DNA from: Macrostomum lignano
Taxonomy: Eukaryota
NCBI GenBank assembly: GCA_002269645.1
Contig: NIVC01000380.1
Span: 1-64,000, forward strand
DNA: 64,000 nucleotides
Reading direction: 5' to 3'
In this document: piece after piece, positions 39,097-50,613 of the stretch
Numbering within the stretch: the stretch's first letter is position 1
Layout of the letters: each line of letters begins with the position of its first letter
Translations under genes and position numbers: made by a program
The notes under the pieces: model-generated
What the model saw: only the letters and a program-made list of their open reading frames with translations
Told to the model about the DNA's origin: nothing
Database searches by the model: none

Positions 39097-40640
39097 ATTA
39101 AAAGCGAGAAAGGAAAGGTTTGGGCAGCTAGAGAAAATCAGAGAGAACTGAGAATCATGGAACACGACTTGGAACTCGCTTTCGACTGGTTGAATGACAT
39201 TGAATTGAGAGAAAACGAGGCTTCTAGATTTGCTTTACTGTCCGATAACGAGGTTAAGAAAGAATCAGTGGATGAAAATTTTTCCAGTTTAGACGAACTG
39301 GTTGGAAAATATGATTGCAAAAACAAATCATATTTGCTGGACGGTTGTCGGGACCAATACTGTACGCAGGCACGCACTCACACACACGCTCACACAGGGT
39401 GTACTCGTATAGTGACCCTGACTATTCGTCAAACATGTTGGGGGTTTCCACACCTCATAATAGCTGTGAATCACACGACAAACCCCTCGGCCAATTATCG
39501 CGCACGCACAAGCCCCAAATGGATGTGGCCGGTCGCGCGCACGGAATTGAACTGGCGTTTACCGCTGAGCTGCTCCCTACCCCCCCCCCCCCCTAATTAA
39601 GACACCTGTGGCAGTACTTTTTTCACAAAGGCGGGTCCAATTATTAACCGAACGCATTTACGGCTGAGCTGCTCTCTGCCCCGGCTTGTATGTTTACACC
39701 TGGTGCAGGTCAAATATTTTGCATTGGCTTATCAGGAAGGCGTCTATCTATTTATCTTGCCAAGATTCATATGGTTTTCCATAATTTTTTGCGCGACTTG
39801 ATGCAAAAAGGAATACTCGTATCGTATTTTGTTTCAGCCTACAGGTAATAAATAACAAATTATGTCAATTTTTAAAGCTTCTTCTGGCCCTCTGCATGCG
39901 TTGATGATATCATAGTGTCTATAGTTCTATTTATAAGCGCATAATCTCATATACTCGTAGTGAAGCGTCCTGCCTCAGTTGCAGCATGAAATCTGTACGT
40001 GTTACCCAAAAAATGTTTTAAAAAGTCAGCTGGTGCTGCAGGAAAAAGAAGACACAATTCCGAAAAAATGACAAGTTTTTTTTCAAATCCCGCGAGTGAT
40101 TTTGCTATTGTATCGCTTTGACTTGCAGTGTCGATTTTTTAAATAGAAATTTTTACTAGTAATCTAAAGCAAGGGACTGCTGGTTGCAATTTAGATTTTA
40201 ACAAATTGTTTGTAACTGAGTCCTTCCAATCTATGCAATCATAATGTCTACACAATTTTATACAAAATCAGGTTCACACAGTATAAAAAGCTTCATATTT
40301 TCTATAATGTGGAGAATCTGGTTTGTTTTTATAAAATATTTATACAATAATAACAAAATATACATATAAAGTTACAAAAAATTGTTATTTCGATTAGGTA
40401 TCGTACGGGAAGTAAGAAAGGTAATATAATATATGACCATTACCAATAAAAATTAATTATCTGTATCATACAAGCATTTACATGTAGCTTTTATGCTACA
40501 TAATCGCAAATGACAAATTATTGCACAAATCATAACGCAGTGTAAATACATTTGTAAACTAATGGCAACAATCGTGATTTGTTATAATAATTCAACTTCG
40601 AAACTTCAGTACTCAATGATGAATATGCAGTTTAAATAGT

Positions 40641-42182
40641 TTATCTGTTGATGCTGCCCACTGGAGCATCGGTTGAAGAGCCTTCATCTGCGTCCCGCGA
40701 CACGGCTAAGCTGTAACTATTCATAGGCCAGCATCTGTCCAGACCCATAGCCACGGAGGTCAGGAGCAGAGCTACTGTACTCACGCCCGCAGCCACCATG
40801 TACACGAAGCCAGGCATCCAATCTAGAGTAGCTTTGTACAACAACGTAAAAGCAGTCGCACCAAAGAGATTTCCGACCAGTTCCAACACGCCGACACAGC
40901 TAAATAGCGCGCCCTGCTTGTCGGCTGGCGACAGTTGCGACATATAAGCTCTGAACAGTGGTATGGCTAGCATAGAGAACATGGACACTACGGCAGTCAC
41001 AAACAGCATTGTCACGCTTTGGGCCAGTCCGGTGACCAAGTAGCCTAATGTGGACGACAGTAACCCCATGACAATGAGTCCAATCGTTGGTACACCCAGA
41101 TATTTTCGAAATATCACCAGACCAATGGTAGCGCCAATTTGAAAGCCGACAATCTTCGCGGCACTCAGGTAACCGATAAACACTGAGTCCAGGCAGAATG
41201 GATAGTTCATCTGGTAGAGAGAGCCAAGCGTGCTCGAACCCATAAAGCAGGCGCAAAATATGCACAGCGAAGCTAGTAGAAGGCCTAAACGCACTGACAG
41301 TCTGGCACTAGAAGTAAATAGGCTTGCAATGTTTGTAAACGGCAGCGACACGAGGCTGCCACCGGCGCTGCGTTTAAGTCGCACTTCCGGAACAAGAACT
41401 ACCACGTAGAAAAAATTGACCACGGCAACAGTTGCACTGAACATAAGTGGTATCGAATATCCCATCATCTTGATCCACCAGCCCATGAGTAGCTCCATGA
41501 CGGTGCCTGCAACGCCAAACATTGCCTCAACCAGAGCCACTCGGATCGGCCGCCACTTTCGCGAAGTTGTATCGGCCAAATAAGAGAAAACCGATGCAAA
41601 CAGTGTGCCAAAGCCTCCGCCCAGTGAACTGACGGCTCCAAGGATTACAAAGCCCACAAGTGGCAGATCGAACAGTACAATAACAAGCAGTCCGGCAGAA
41701 TCCAACATCATACCGATGGTGGGAAGCAGAAGGAACGGCTTCCTGCCAAGGTAGTCAGAAGTGGAGGCGTACAAAGGTAGGACTAGTAAAGCTACTACAC
41801 TTTGAACGATGCTTCGATACAGAGTCCACGAGCTGGCTTCATTTTGTATACGACTGGTGACTTTGTGCTCAGTAGAGTTCAACAGTGACTTCGGATCGCA
41901 GACGAACGCTCTCGACGAGCCATTTCCGCCGGTGCTGACGTTGTACTGCAGGCCAACCCGATAATAGACGTACTGCGACAGTACAGTGCTCTGACTGAGA
42001 ATGCTGACGCAGAAAAATAGCACTATGGGCTCAACAATCCAGCGCCGCTTCGGCAGTACAATGTTCGGATCGAGGCCGAGAGTATCGTCGGTGTCAGGAT
42101 TAGCGGTTTTGTCGCCATGGTGATTCCGCAACAGTGGATCATTTTCGTCGAGTCCTCGAACATTTGTTGACGGTTCATCCAT
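40641..42182 (-). CDS. MFS transporter, SLC46 (PCFT/HCP1-like) family, single exon, ~513 aa
   Basis: Uninterrupted ORF from ATG at 42182; IVEPIVLFF start, SDYLGRKPFLLLP (MFS motif A), FSYLADTT, FRAYMSQLSPADKQGALF, about 12 hydrophobic segments. Confidence 0.92.
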   Translation of the reverse strand: MDEPSTNVRGLDENDPLLRNHHGDKTANPDTDDTLGLDPNIVLPKRRWIVEPIVLFFCVSILSQSTVLSQYVYYRVGLQYNVSTGGNGSSRAFVCDPKSLLNSTEHKVTSRIQNEASSWTLYRSIVQSVVALLVLPLYASTSDYLGRKPFLLLPTIGMMLDSAGLLVIVLFDLPLVGFVILGAVSSLGGGFGTLFASVFSYLADTTSRKWRPIRVALVEAMFGVAGTVMELLMGWWIKMMGYSIPLMFSATVAVVNFFYVVVLVPEVRLKRSAGGSLVSLPFTNIASLFTSSARLSVRLGLLLASLCIFCACFMGSSTLGSLYQMNYPFCLDSVFIGYLSAAKIVGFQIGATIGLVIFRKYLGVPTIGLIVMGLLSSTLGYLVTGLAQSVTMLFVTAVVSMFSMLAIPLFRAYMSQLSPADKQGALFSCVGVLELVGNLFGATAFTLLYKATLDWMPGFVYMVAAGVSTVALLLTSVAMGLDRCWPMNSYSLAVSRDADEGSSTDAPVGSINR

Positions 42183-43299
42183 CTTCAATCTCAAAATTCA
42201 AATTCTGTTCATGTTATCAAAACCATAACTATTCGAAACTTATATACAGTCCAAATTGAAAGGTCGACCCGAGTGTGCGTTTCGTCGTACAGTGTACTAT
42301 CTTTGTAAGGGCAAAATAACCCGAAAGGACCTGGGCAGAGGGACACAAAACTAAAGATAAAACTCTGACCAGAAATTCACCACATGGAGCAGCGATAGCA
42401 TATTGCTAAAGTAAGTACTGTAGCCCGTAGGCCTGACTAGTGCACTCTGATAAAGCGTTTTAATAGGTCGCATGCCTAACTTACATGTCAATACTTCAGT
42501 AAGTTTCAGTAAGTGTCATCAATTCGAGTGCAGGCTCAGCTAATACTTTCGAGCTGTGCTGAGGACAGAACATTATTGAAGCAGTGAATTGACGTCGACA
42601 AAATTGAGCCAAAAAAAGCCAAATTACTCAAGCACTCAATTTCTATGTCGAAAAGGGGGAATTAACAGTGCCATGGAAACCAAGCTTAAATCCCAACCGA
42701 AAAAGCAGAAAAGGGATCGCGTTGATAAAAGGATTAAGGGCAGTGCGATCCCTCGTAAGACACAGGGATGTAGATAAAAGATAAAAATGACATTAATACA
42801 TGTATACAGAAAGGGACTAACGACAAAGAGACTATAATAGCTACATGTAACATGTTCGTATGCATTAGTCGAAAAGGCCACAAAATGTATTTTTAGACTA
42901 TAGTTACTAATCATCAAGGATGAAAAGGTCTCAGGATATACTTTAAAATAAAGTGGACAAGATTTTTAAGCTTTGAAACACATTTCTACTTTCTAATATT
43001 AGCATTCTGCACCTTCATTCTCGGTGTCTCTGTAGCAATTTAATCCACCAGCATTAAACATTGGAAATTGGAACATCGTATTGTCGGCGAAACGTGTTAC
43101 AATGCGGAGTTTCAAATTTTTGAAATTTTTGATTGTTAGATTCTGAATTTTGACAGAACTGAGAAATTTAAGGCTATATGAACCGACACTAAATGCCCAC
43201 TTGAATTTACATCTTGCTACAGAAAGATTTGAAAGCCTCTCAATATAGCTTTTGTCAGTGAAGTTGATAATTAAGCCGATCCAAACGAAGAAACCACAT

Positions 43300-43700
43300 A
43301 TCGCCATAGACAATAAAACCAATCAAAACCACTGCACAGAAGTGTACTCGGCCATAGACAAGCCATTCAGCCACTGCCACAGAACTACACTCGGCCATAG
43401 ACAATAAAGCCAATCAAAGCCACTGCCACAGAACTGCACTCGGCCATAGACAATAAAGCCGATCAAAGCCACTGCCACAGATCTGCACTCGGCCATAGAC
43501 AATAAAGCCAATCAAAGCCACTGCCACAGATCTGCACTCGGCCATAGACAATAAAGCCAATCAAAGCCACACTGCCACAGAACTGCACTCGGCCATAAAC
43601 AATAAAGCCAATCAAAGCCACTGCCACAGAGATGCACTCGGCCATAGACAATAAAGCCTATCAAAGCCACTGCCACCGAACTGCACTCGGCCATAGACCT
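43300..43700. repeat. 49-bp tandem repeat (CGGCCATAGACAATAAAGCCAATCAAAGCCACTGCCACAGATCTGCACT)
   Basis: Period 43441->43490; ~8 copies. Confidence 0.93.
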
Positions 43701-44119
43701 ATGAGGCCAATCAAGCGGATAGCTTGAAACTCCAAGCTGCACTCTCCTAGAGACAGCAGGCCAAACTAGCTGTTTTAAGATTTTTTTCTCTCAGCTGGTT
43801 AAAAGAAAAGTAAAGAATTTAAAGCAAAGTAATCTGAACACAGATTTCTACACTTGGTGCTGATTTTTAATGGAATTATCTTGATTTGGTTTATTGAGTA
43901 TAGTCGAGTGTCTTGAGTGAGTTCTATCTATAGCAGTAACTGCGGAAAAGTCAAGGTCACTTAGAAATCGATGTCCAAGACTGTGCTTCTGTGTAAATGC
44001 ATCAGAGCTAATTTTATTGTAAGACTAGTCAGTTTGATATACCAAAAAGAATAACTAAGTTTCGATGCAACGTATTCATTCACGCCTGCACTATTTAATA
44101 ACGTCTCCTCATTCCTCAG

Positions 44120-44597
44120 ATACGTGAGCAGTCTCTCGCTGGAGCTGCAGGCAGCCCTTGCGCCCGGCGATGGCTCAGCGTTCAACACGTCGCACAACTT
44201 CCGTTATCAGCACCAGACCGACTGCGGCAGCTCCTGGCAGGAGCGCGACGTTGTGGCCTCTCAACTAATGGACAAGCTGGCCAGCAGAGACATGCCCGGC
44301 GCTGCAAGGTACTGCCGACTACTCCTGACACTCGAGCCATACAACGACGAAGTTAGCAGACTGTTAGAGACTCTGGAGTCTGCTGATCGTGATTCGCCGC
44401 TCTGCTGCGAAGACGACTTCATACACGCCGGCTACTGTTCGGACGACATGGACTCGGATAACACAGGCTCAGAGACGCAGTTCCGCTACTTTCATCACGA
44501 TCAGCACGGCCTGAACGAGGACGAGCGAAGTAGCCGGCGGACAACGTCTGAGAGCGACGCCTTTCTCGATGCTTCGTCCTCGTCGGCGTCTTATTGA
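44120..44597 (+). CDS. Terminal coding exon of an unknown gene; TPR-like/ERICH2-like helix pair followed by an acidic tail
   Basis: Good acceptor (ctcctcattcctcag) at 44119, GC-rich codon usage, stop TGA at 44595-44597; SQLMDKLASRDMPGAARYCRLLLTLEPYNDEVSRLL resembles the ERICH2 core from memory; upstream exons not identified. Confidence 0.6.
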
Positions 44598-44749
44598 TTT
44601 TTTAAACTGTATTCGATGTTGCAATCGGCTGTGCTTCTCTGTTTGGGTTTCTTGCTATTGTTTATTTTTTTAGCTTCTAAACTCTACTGCATAATACTAC
44701 AGTTGACTAAAGGTAGGTTCTCTGACGAATTAGAACCTACAGTGCCTGG

Positions 44750-45020
44750 TTGGGTAGTGTCTGTTTGAGTAGTGTCTGTTTGAGTAATGTCTGGTTGAGT
44801 AGTGTCTGATTTTGAGTAATGTCTGATTGAGTAATGTCTGATTGAGTAGTGTCTGATTGAGTAGTGTCTGATTGAGTAATGTCTGATTGAGTAATGTCTG
44901 GTTGAGTAGTGTCTGATTGAGTAGCGCATGGTTGAGTAGTGTCTGATTGAGTAGTGTCTGATTGAGCAGTGTCTGATTGAGCAGTATCTGGTTGAGTAAT
45001 GCCTGGTTGAGTAGTTGAGT
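44750..45020. repeat. 15-bp minisatellite (GAGTAGTGTCTGATT)
   Basis: ~18 copies. Confidence 0.94.
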
Positions 45021-46254
45021 TGAGAGTCAAATTAGACTATCTTGTGGAGAGAGGAGTTTCTGTTGCAACGAGTTTACTACTACTTAGTTAATCTTGAATA
45101 AACCCTAAATTCAACCAAAAACCATGTTTAAAAATGTAAATAATTTAAAAAGATTTACAATAATCAATTGTCAACTTTATCTATATGTACAAATAAACTA
45201 TTAGGACTCTGTAACTGTTTTTATTAGAGAAATCACAGAGTGAAAGATTGTTTGTACAAACATTTTAAATAAAGCACTCTTTACTCAAAAATACTCGACA
45301 TAAATAATGGCAATTCAACATACTCTTACACGAATATTCAACATCTTAAAATTACCATTGAAAGTTGAATTTAGAAACACAAAATTTGCCTTAAAGAAAA
45401 CTGAATATAGCCAAAAGCAGAGATCATTGATGACAGATTGAATATTTAGTGGGAACTAATAAGCGGAATCAAAACAATCATATAGACAAATAATTAAGAA
45501 AGGACGATCTTTTAGTAAGGAAAATGGAGCCATCGGTTTTCAGTTCGAAACAATACAGTTTGGAAAAGTCAGAACGAAAAAAGTCAACCAATTGTCAATC
45601 AACAACTGATCTTATAATTATTTATTAAAAATCGAAATTTTGTACACGTGGAACGAAAGTTGATAATCATTATATAAGAATGACAAATGACAAATTTTCC
45701 ATTCGGCTCTATTATACTACCCCGTGGGAGGGACAAAATGTCTAGTCTAATATACTAAATTAAAAAATAATGAAATTATAAAAAAAACATGTTTGATTTT
45801 ATTTAATCGTCTGGTTGACACAAAATTTGTCACAGAAAATGGCGAGAGGAACTTTCCACAGAATATGGGGTCAGCCCCGAGGTCAAACAAGCAGCAGTTC
45901 TACAGTTCTATATGCAGGCGCGTAATATGATACGTTGCTCTAATTTGTACCTATCGGATTTACACGCAATCTGGTTATCACGGCAGCCATTAAAGAGCTC
46001 TGCGATATTAAAATGTACGATGTGAAGCAGTCAGCTCGCAACCAGCTTTATTAACCCCTAACCCTTCCTTCCACAGAATCCATGTTAAAACCTTGCATTA
46101 TTGATAATTCGCCATTCTTTGCATTAGTTAGCTATTATAGTTTTAAATCTTCTAAATCAAGGTCGGCAAACTCCGGCGCGCATGTGGCCCTCTATCCGGC
46201 CGCCGGGTTCTTTGAAACTTCATAATAGCAATACGGCCTGCTCAAGGCTTGCGC

Positions 46255-46590
46255 TTCTTCTCAGCTCTCTTCTCTTCTTTCAGCCCTCTTCTCTCGATCC
46301 CCCTTCTCTCTTCTCTCCTCCCCTCTTATTTTTCCTCTCCTCCCTCACTTCTTCTTTCTCCTCTCCTCCCTCCCCTCTTCCTTCTCCTCTCCTCCCTCCC
46401 ATCTTCTTTCTCCTCTCCTCCCTCCCATCTTCTCCCTCTCCTCTCGTTTCTCCCATCTTCTCTCTTATTGCCCCTCTTCTCTCATTTTCTCTCTTCTCTC
46501 TCTTCTCTTTTCTCATCTCATCTCATATCTCCTCTCGCCTGTCCTCTCTTCTCTCATTTCTCATATCTTTCCTCCTCTATCCTATATTCC
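46255..46590. repeat. CT-rich low-complexity tract
   Basis: Polypyrimidine; explains ORFs 46182-46623. Confidence 0.9.
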
Positions 46591-46774
46591 CTGGCTCTCC
46601 CCTGGCCTGTGGCCACTAACTAGGTTCGTTTTCTGGTCCTTAAAGTAAAATACTCGCAATTTGCTGACTCCTGCTATAAATTGTCGAAATTTTGAAACTA
46701 GATGAAGACTCAATGAAGATGCAAAGCATCAAACTCGTAAAAGTAAATATAAAAGATCCTCGTTGACTTATTTC

Positions 46775-49700
46775 TCAGTCAGTGAAATCGCCAGTCTCGC
46801 TAAAACTGGCATCGTCATCTTCGTCTACGTTAACGGCCATACGCATTGATTGCAATCTGTCGCGCAATTCGTCCAGCATATCAGGCGGCCGAGGCCGTTG
46901 CGCTATTGCACTAGGATTCTTTCTTTGTTCTGAACTACTATTAGTAGCAGTATTTGTATGGTTTGACTTTGTCTTGCGCAAAGTAACGCCTCGTCGAATC
47001 AGTTCGAACATGTCGTCTGTTGATGCCGGATCTGAGGGCTTCTGAGGCGGCGGTGGCTGCAGATTGTGCGGCTGCTGCTGAGGCTGACGATGGGATTGAA
47101 GCTGAGGCGGCGGCGGAGGGGGCGGAGGGGGCGGAGGAGGCGGCGGAGGGGGCGGCGGAGGTGGCGGGGGCGGAGGCGGCACAGCAGATGGCGGAGGCGG
47201 AGGCGGCGGCGGCGGCGGTGGTGGAATCTTTGCTTCCCGACATTCCTCATCTCCAGTTTGAGACTTTTGCTGCTGATTTTTTGATGACGAACTGCCCTGA
47301 CTGCTAGAAGTGGCTACCGGAGGAAGGCCTCGTCGTTCTCGAGCGGCTTCGCGCTGCTTCTGAATAGTTAAGAAAATCGAAAAAAAAACTCTCACTCATT
47401 AATAAGGCTTAATAAGTCAAACATATAGGCTCTGAAAGCTCACCAACATAGAATTTCTAAAAACGTAATGAAGTGCGCACTAGTTTAGTGTTAGGTGCCC
47501 CTTTGTCAGCTGTGCCCTGCGCCCTTCTGAGCTGTTGGCTGCCGCTGGCCGCAGCTCTCCCTCTCCCTCTCTCCTTCTCCCTCTCTCTCTCTCTCTCCCT
47601 CTCCCGCTCCCTCTCCCCTCTCCCTCCCGTTGTCCTTTTGCCTGCTTCGCTCCTCCCTTTTCCCCCCTTTTTCCGGTTCGTCTCCGCTCCCAGTGTCAGA
47701 GCTTCTCCGCTCAGCCTGTCCTTGATTCATTGTCTGTCTGGCCTCTCTCCCCCTTTTCTTGTGTGCCTGCGTTTGTTCTCTCTGTCCGGCCTGTACGGTA
47801 GCGGATCACGTGCCCCCGGCGCTCTGTCCTTTTCTTGCGCAGCCTTGTGCAATCCTGGGTGTCAGTCTCTAAATTAGGAATAGCGTCCTTGCCTCTCTGG
47901 CGGGGCTCCACGCTTGTTTATAAAAATAGAACTGAATCACGCCAGGTTGAGGGGCGCTGTGAGAGCGGCCTTGCGCACTCTGGCGCAATGGGGAGTTGCA
48001 CGTTATGGTGAAATCGATCCGCTACCCTATAAGTACAGGCCTCTCGTGCCTCCGTTTGGCAACCCTTGCTTTGCCCGCGTCAGAACCCGCTTCCCGTCTC
48101 TTAGCCTTCCTCAAACTTCGCATACCGCTTGGCGCTTGATCTCTTCGCTAAGTTGTAAGTCCAGCGTCTCTTGCGCTAGCCCTTCGCCAACTCATTTGAC
48201 TTCTGATCTATCTTCGACCGCGTGTCTGAGTGAGTGCTGAACTCTCGACAGAACTAACAGAAACTAGCACAGCTTCCTTATCCCCGCACTTGAGCCCGGC
48301 AGGACCGCTGACGAGGTGTGCACCGGTGCGAGCGGTCAAATCTGCACGGCGTGCTGAGTTCTCGTGTCTCGTTTATTTCGCTCAGCCCGGAGTCTCCCTC
48401 ATCGAAGGACAAGATCCGAGCGAGCTGGTGGCAGCACTACCAACGCTACTAAGAACTGCTAGAAGGCTTCCTGGGAGAGTCTACCAAGAGCTCAAAGTAG
48501 GCAGCTCACGTGACTGACAGGGAAGTAGCCGGAACCAAGTACTACAGTAATCCCCTAGAATCTCCATAATCCCAACCCTAGAAGCTCCATAATCTCACCC
48601 ATAGTAGCTCCATAATCTCACCCCTAGTAGCTCCATAATCTCTCCCCTAGTAGTTTCATAATCTCACCCCTAGAAGCTCAATAATCTCACCCATAGTAGC
48701 TCCATAATCTCACCCCTAGTAGCTCCAAAATCTTACCCCTAGAAGCTCCATAATCTCACCCCTAGAATCTCCTAAATCTCACCCCTAGTAGCTTCATAAA
48801 CTCACCCATAGTAGCTCCATAATCTCACCCATAGTAGCTCCATAATCTCACCCCTAGACGCTCCATAATCCCAACCCTAGAAGCTCCATAATCTCACCCA
48901 TAGTAGCTCCATAATCTCACCCCTAGTAGCTCCATAATCTCTCCCCTAGTAGTTTCATAATCTCACCCCTAGAAGCTCAATAATCTCACCCATAGTAGCT
49001 CCATAATCTCACCCCTAGTAGCTCCAAAATCTCACCCCCTAGAAGCTCCATAATCTCTCCCCTAGAATCTCCTAAATCTCACCCCTAGTAGCTCCATAAT
49101 CTCACCCATAGTAGCTCCATAATCTCACCCCTAGTAGCTCCATAATCTCACCCCTAGACGCTCCATAATCTCACCCCTAGACGCTCCATAATCTCACCCA
49201 TAGTAGCTCCATAATCTCACCCATAGTAGCTCCATGATCTCACCCCTAGACGCTCCATAATTTCACCCATAGTAGCTCCATAATCTCACCCCTAGACGCT
49301 CCATAATCTCACCCATAGTAGCTCCATAATCTCACCCCTAGTAGCTCCATAATCTCACCCATAGTAGCTCCATAATCTCACCCCTAGACGCTCCATAATC
49401 TCACCCATAGTAGCTCCAAAATCTCACCCCTAGAATCTCCATAATCTCACCCCTAGAAGCTTCATATCTCACCCCTAGAAGCTTTAAATTCTCACCAACT
49501 ACAGAGATTGAAGCTCCCTAGTATTAAAAGAAAAAAGGTTTGTCTAAATGTGATGCAACCCGATATGTATCGAAAATAACTTCAAAAATACTACACATAA
49601 ACCTGCAAGAAAAGCCTCACCGCCCGATACTGCTTCAACCGCTCGGCAGTTCTGCGCCGCTCCTCCTCTCGACGCTCCCTCGCGCGCTCCTCGGCCGAAA

Positions 49701-50379
49701 CCGCCGCCTCACGTCTGGCGCTGGCCTCGCGCGCCTCCTCTGAATCGCGCGCCGATGCAACGCGCCTGTCGCGCAGTCGCTGAGCGGCGCCGCGAATGGC
49801 AGCTTTGCGAGACCGCAAAGCGGCCAAATCAGCGTCGAGACGGCGCAGTCGGTCGGACTTGGCGCCGCCAGTCACCGGGCACGGCGCGTCAGGCATCTGG
49901 CGGAGCGAGCGGAGGTCCTCGACAGCGTCGAAGAATTCGTCTCGCTCGTCGTCGATAGTTCGGCAGCGGTCCAGCTCGAGGCGGCGCTCCATGTTCAGCA
50001 GGCGCTCCTCGCTGTCCAGAGCGCGGAGACGGGCATCGAACAGCTGCGGCAGGGGGTGGGTGATGAACTGTCTGTCTGTCTCTGTCTGCCTGTCTTTGTC
50101 TGTCTGTCTGTCTCTGTCTGCCTGCCTGTCTGTCTGTCTCTGTCTGCCTGTCTTTGTCTGGCTGTCTGTCTGTCTGTCTGCCTGTCTGTCTGTCTTATGT
50201 CTGTCTGTCCGTCTATCTGTCTGTCTATCTGTCTGTCTATCTGTCTGTTTTTCTGTCTGTTTTAGTGCCTGTCTGTCTGCCTGTCTTTGTCTGTCTGTCT
50301 GCCTGTCTGTCTGTCTCTGTCTGCCTGTCTGCCTCTGTCTTTATGTCTGTATGTCTGTCTTATGCCTGTCTCTGTCTTA

Positions 50380-50412
<33 letters not shown>

Positions 50413-50537
50413 TATGTCTGTCTGTCTGTCTGCCTGTCTGTCTGTCTCTGTCTGTCTGTCTGTCTCTGTCTGCCTGCCTGTCTGTCTGTCTCTGTCTGCC
50501 TGTCTTTGTCTGGCTGTCTGTCTGTCTGTCTGTCTTA

Positions 50538-50613
<76 letters not shown>

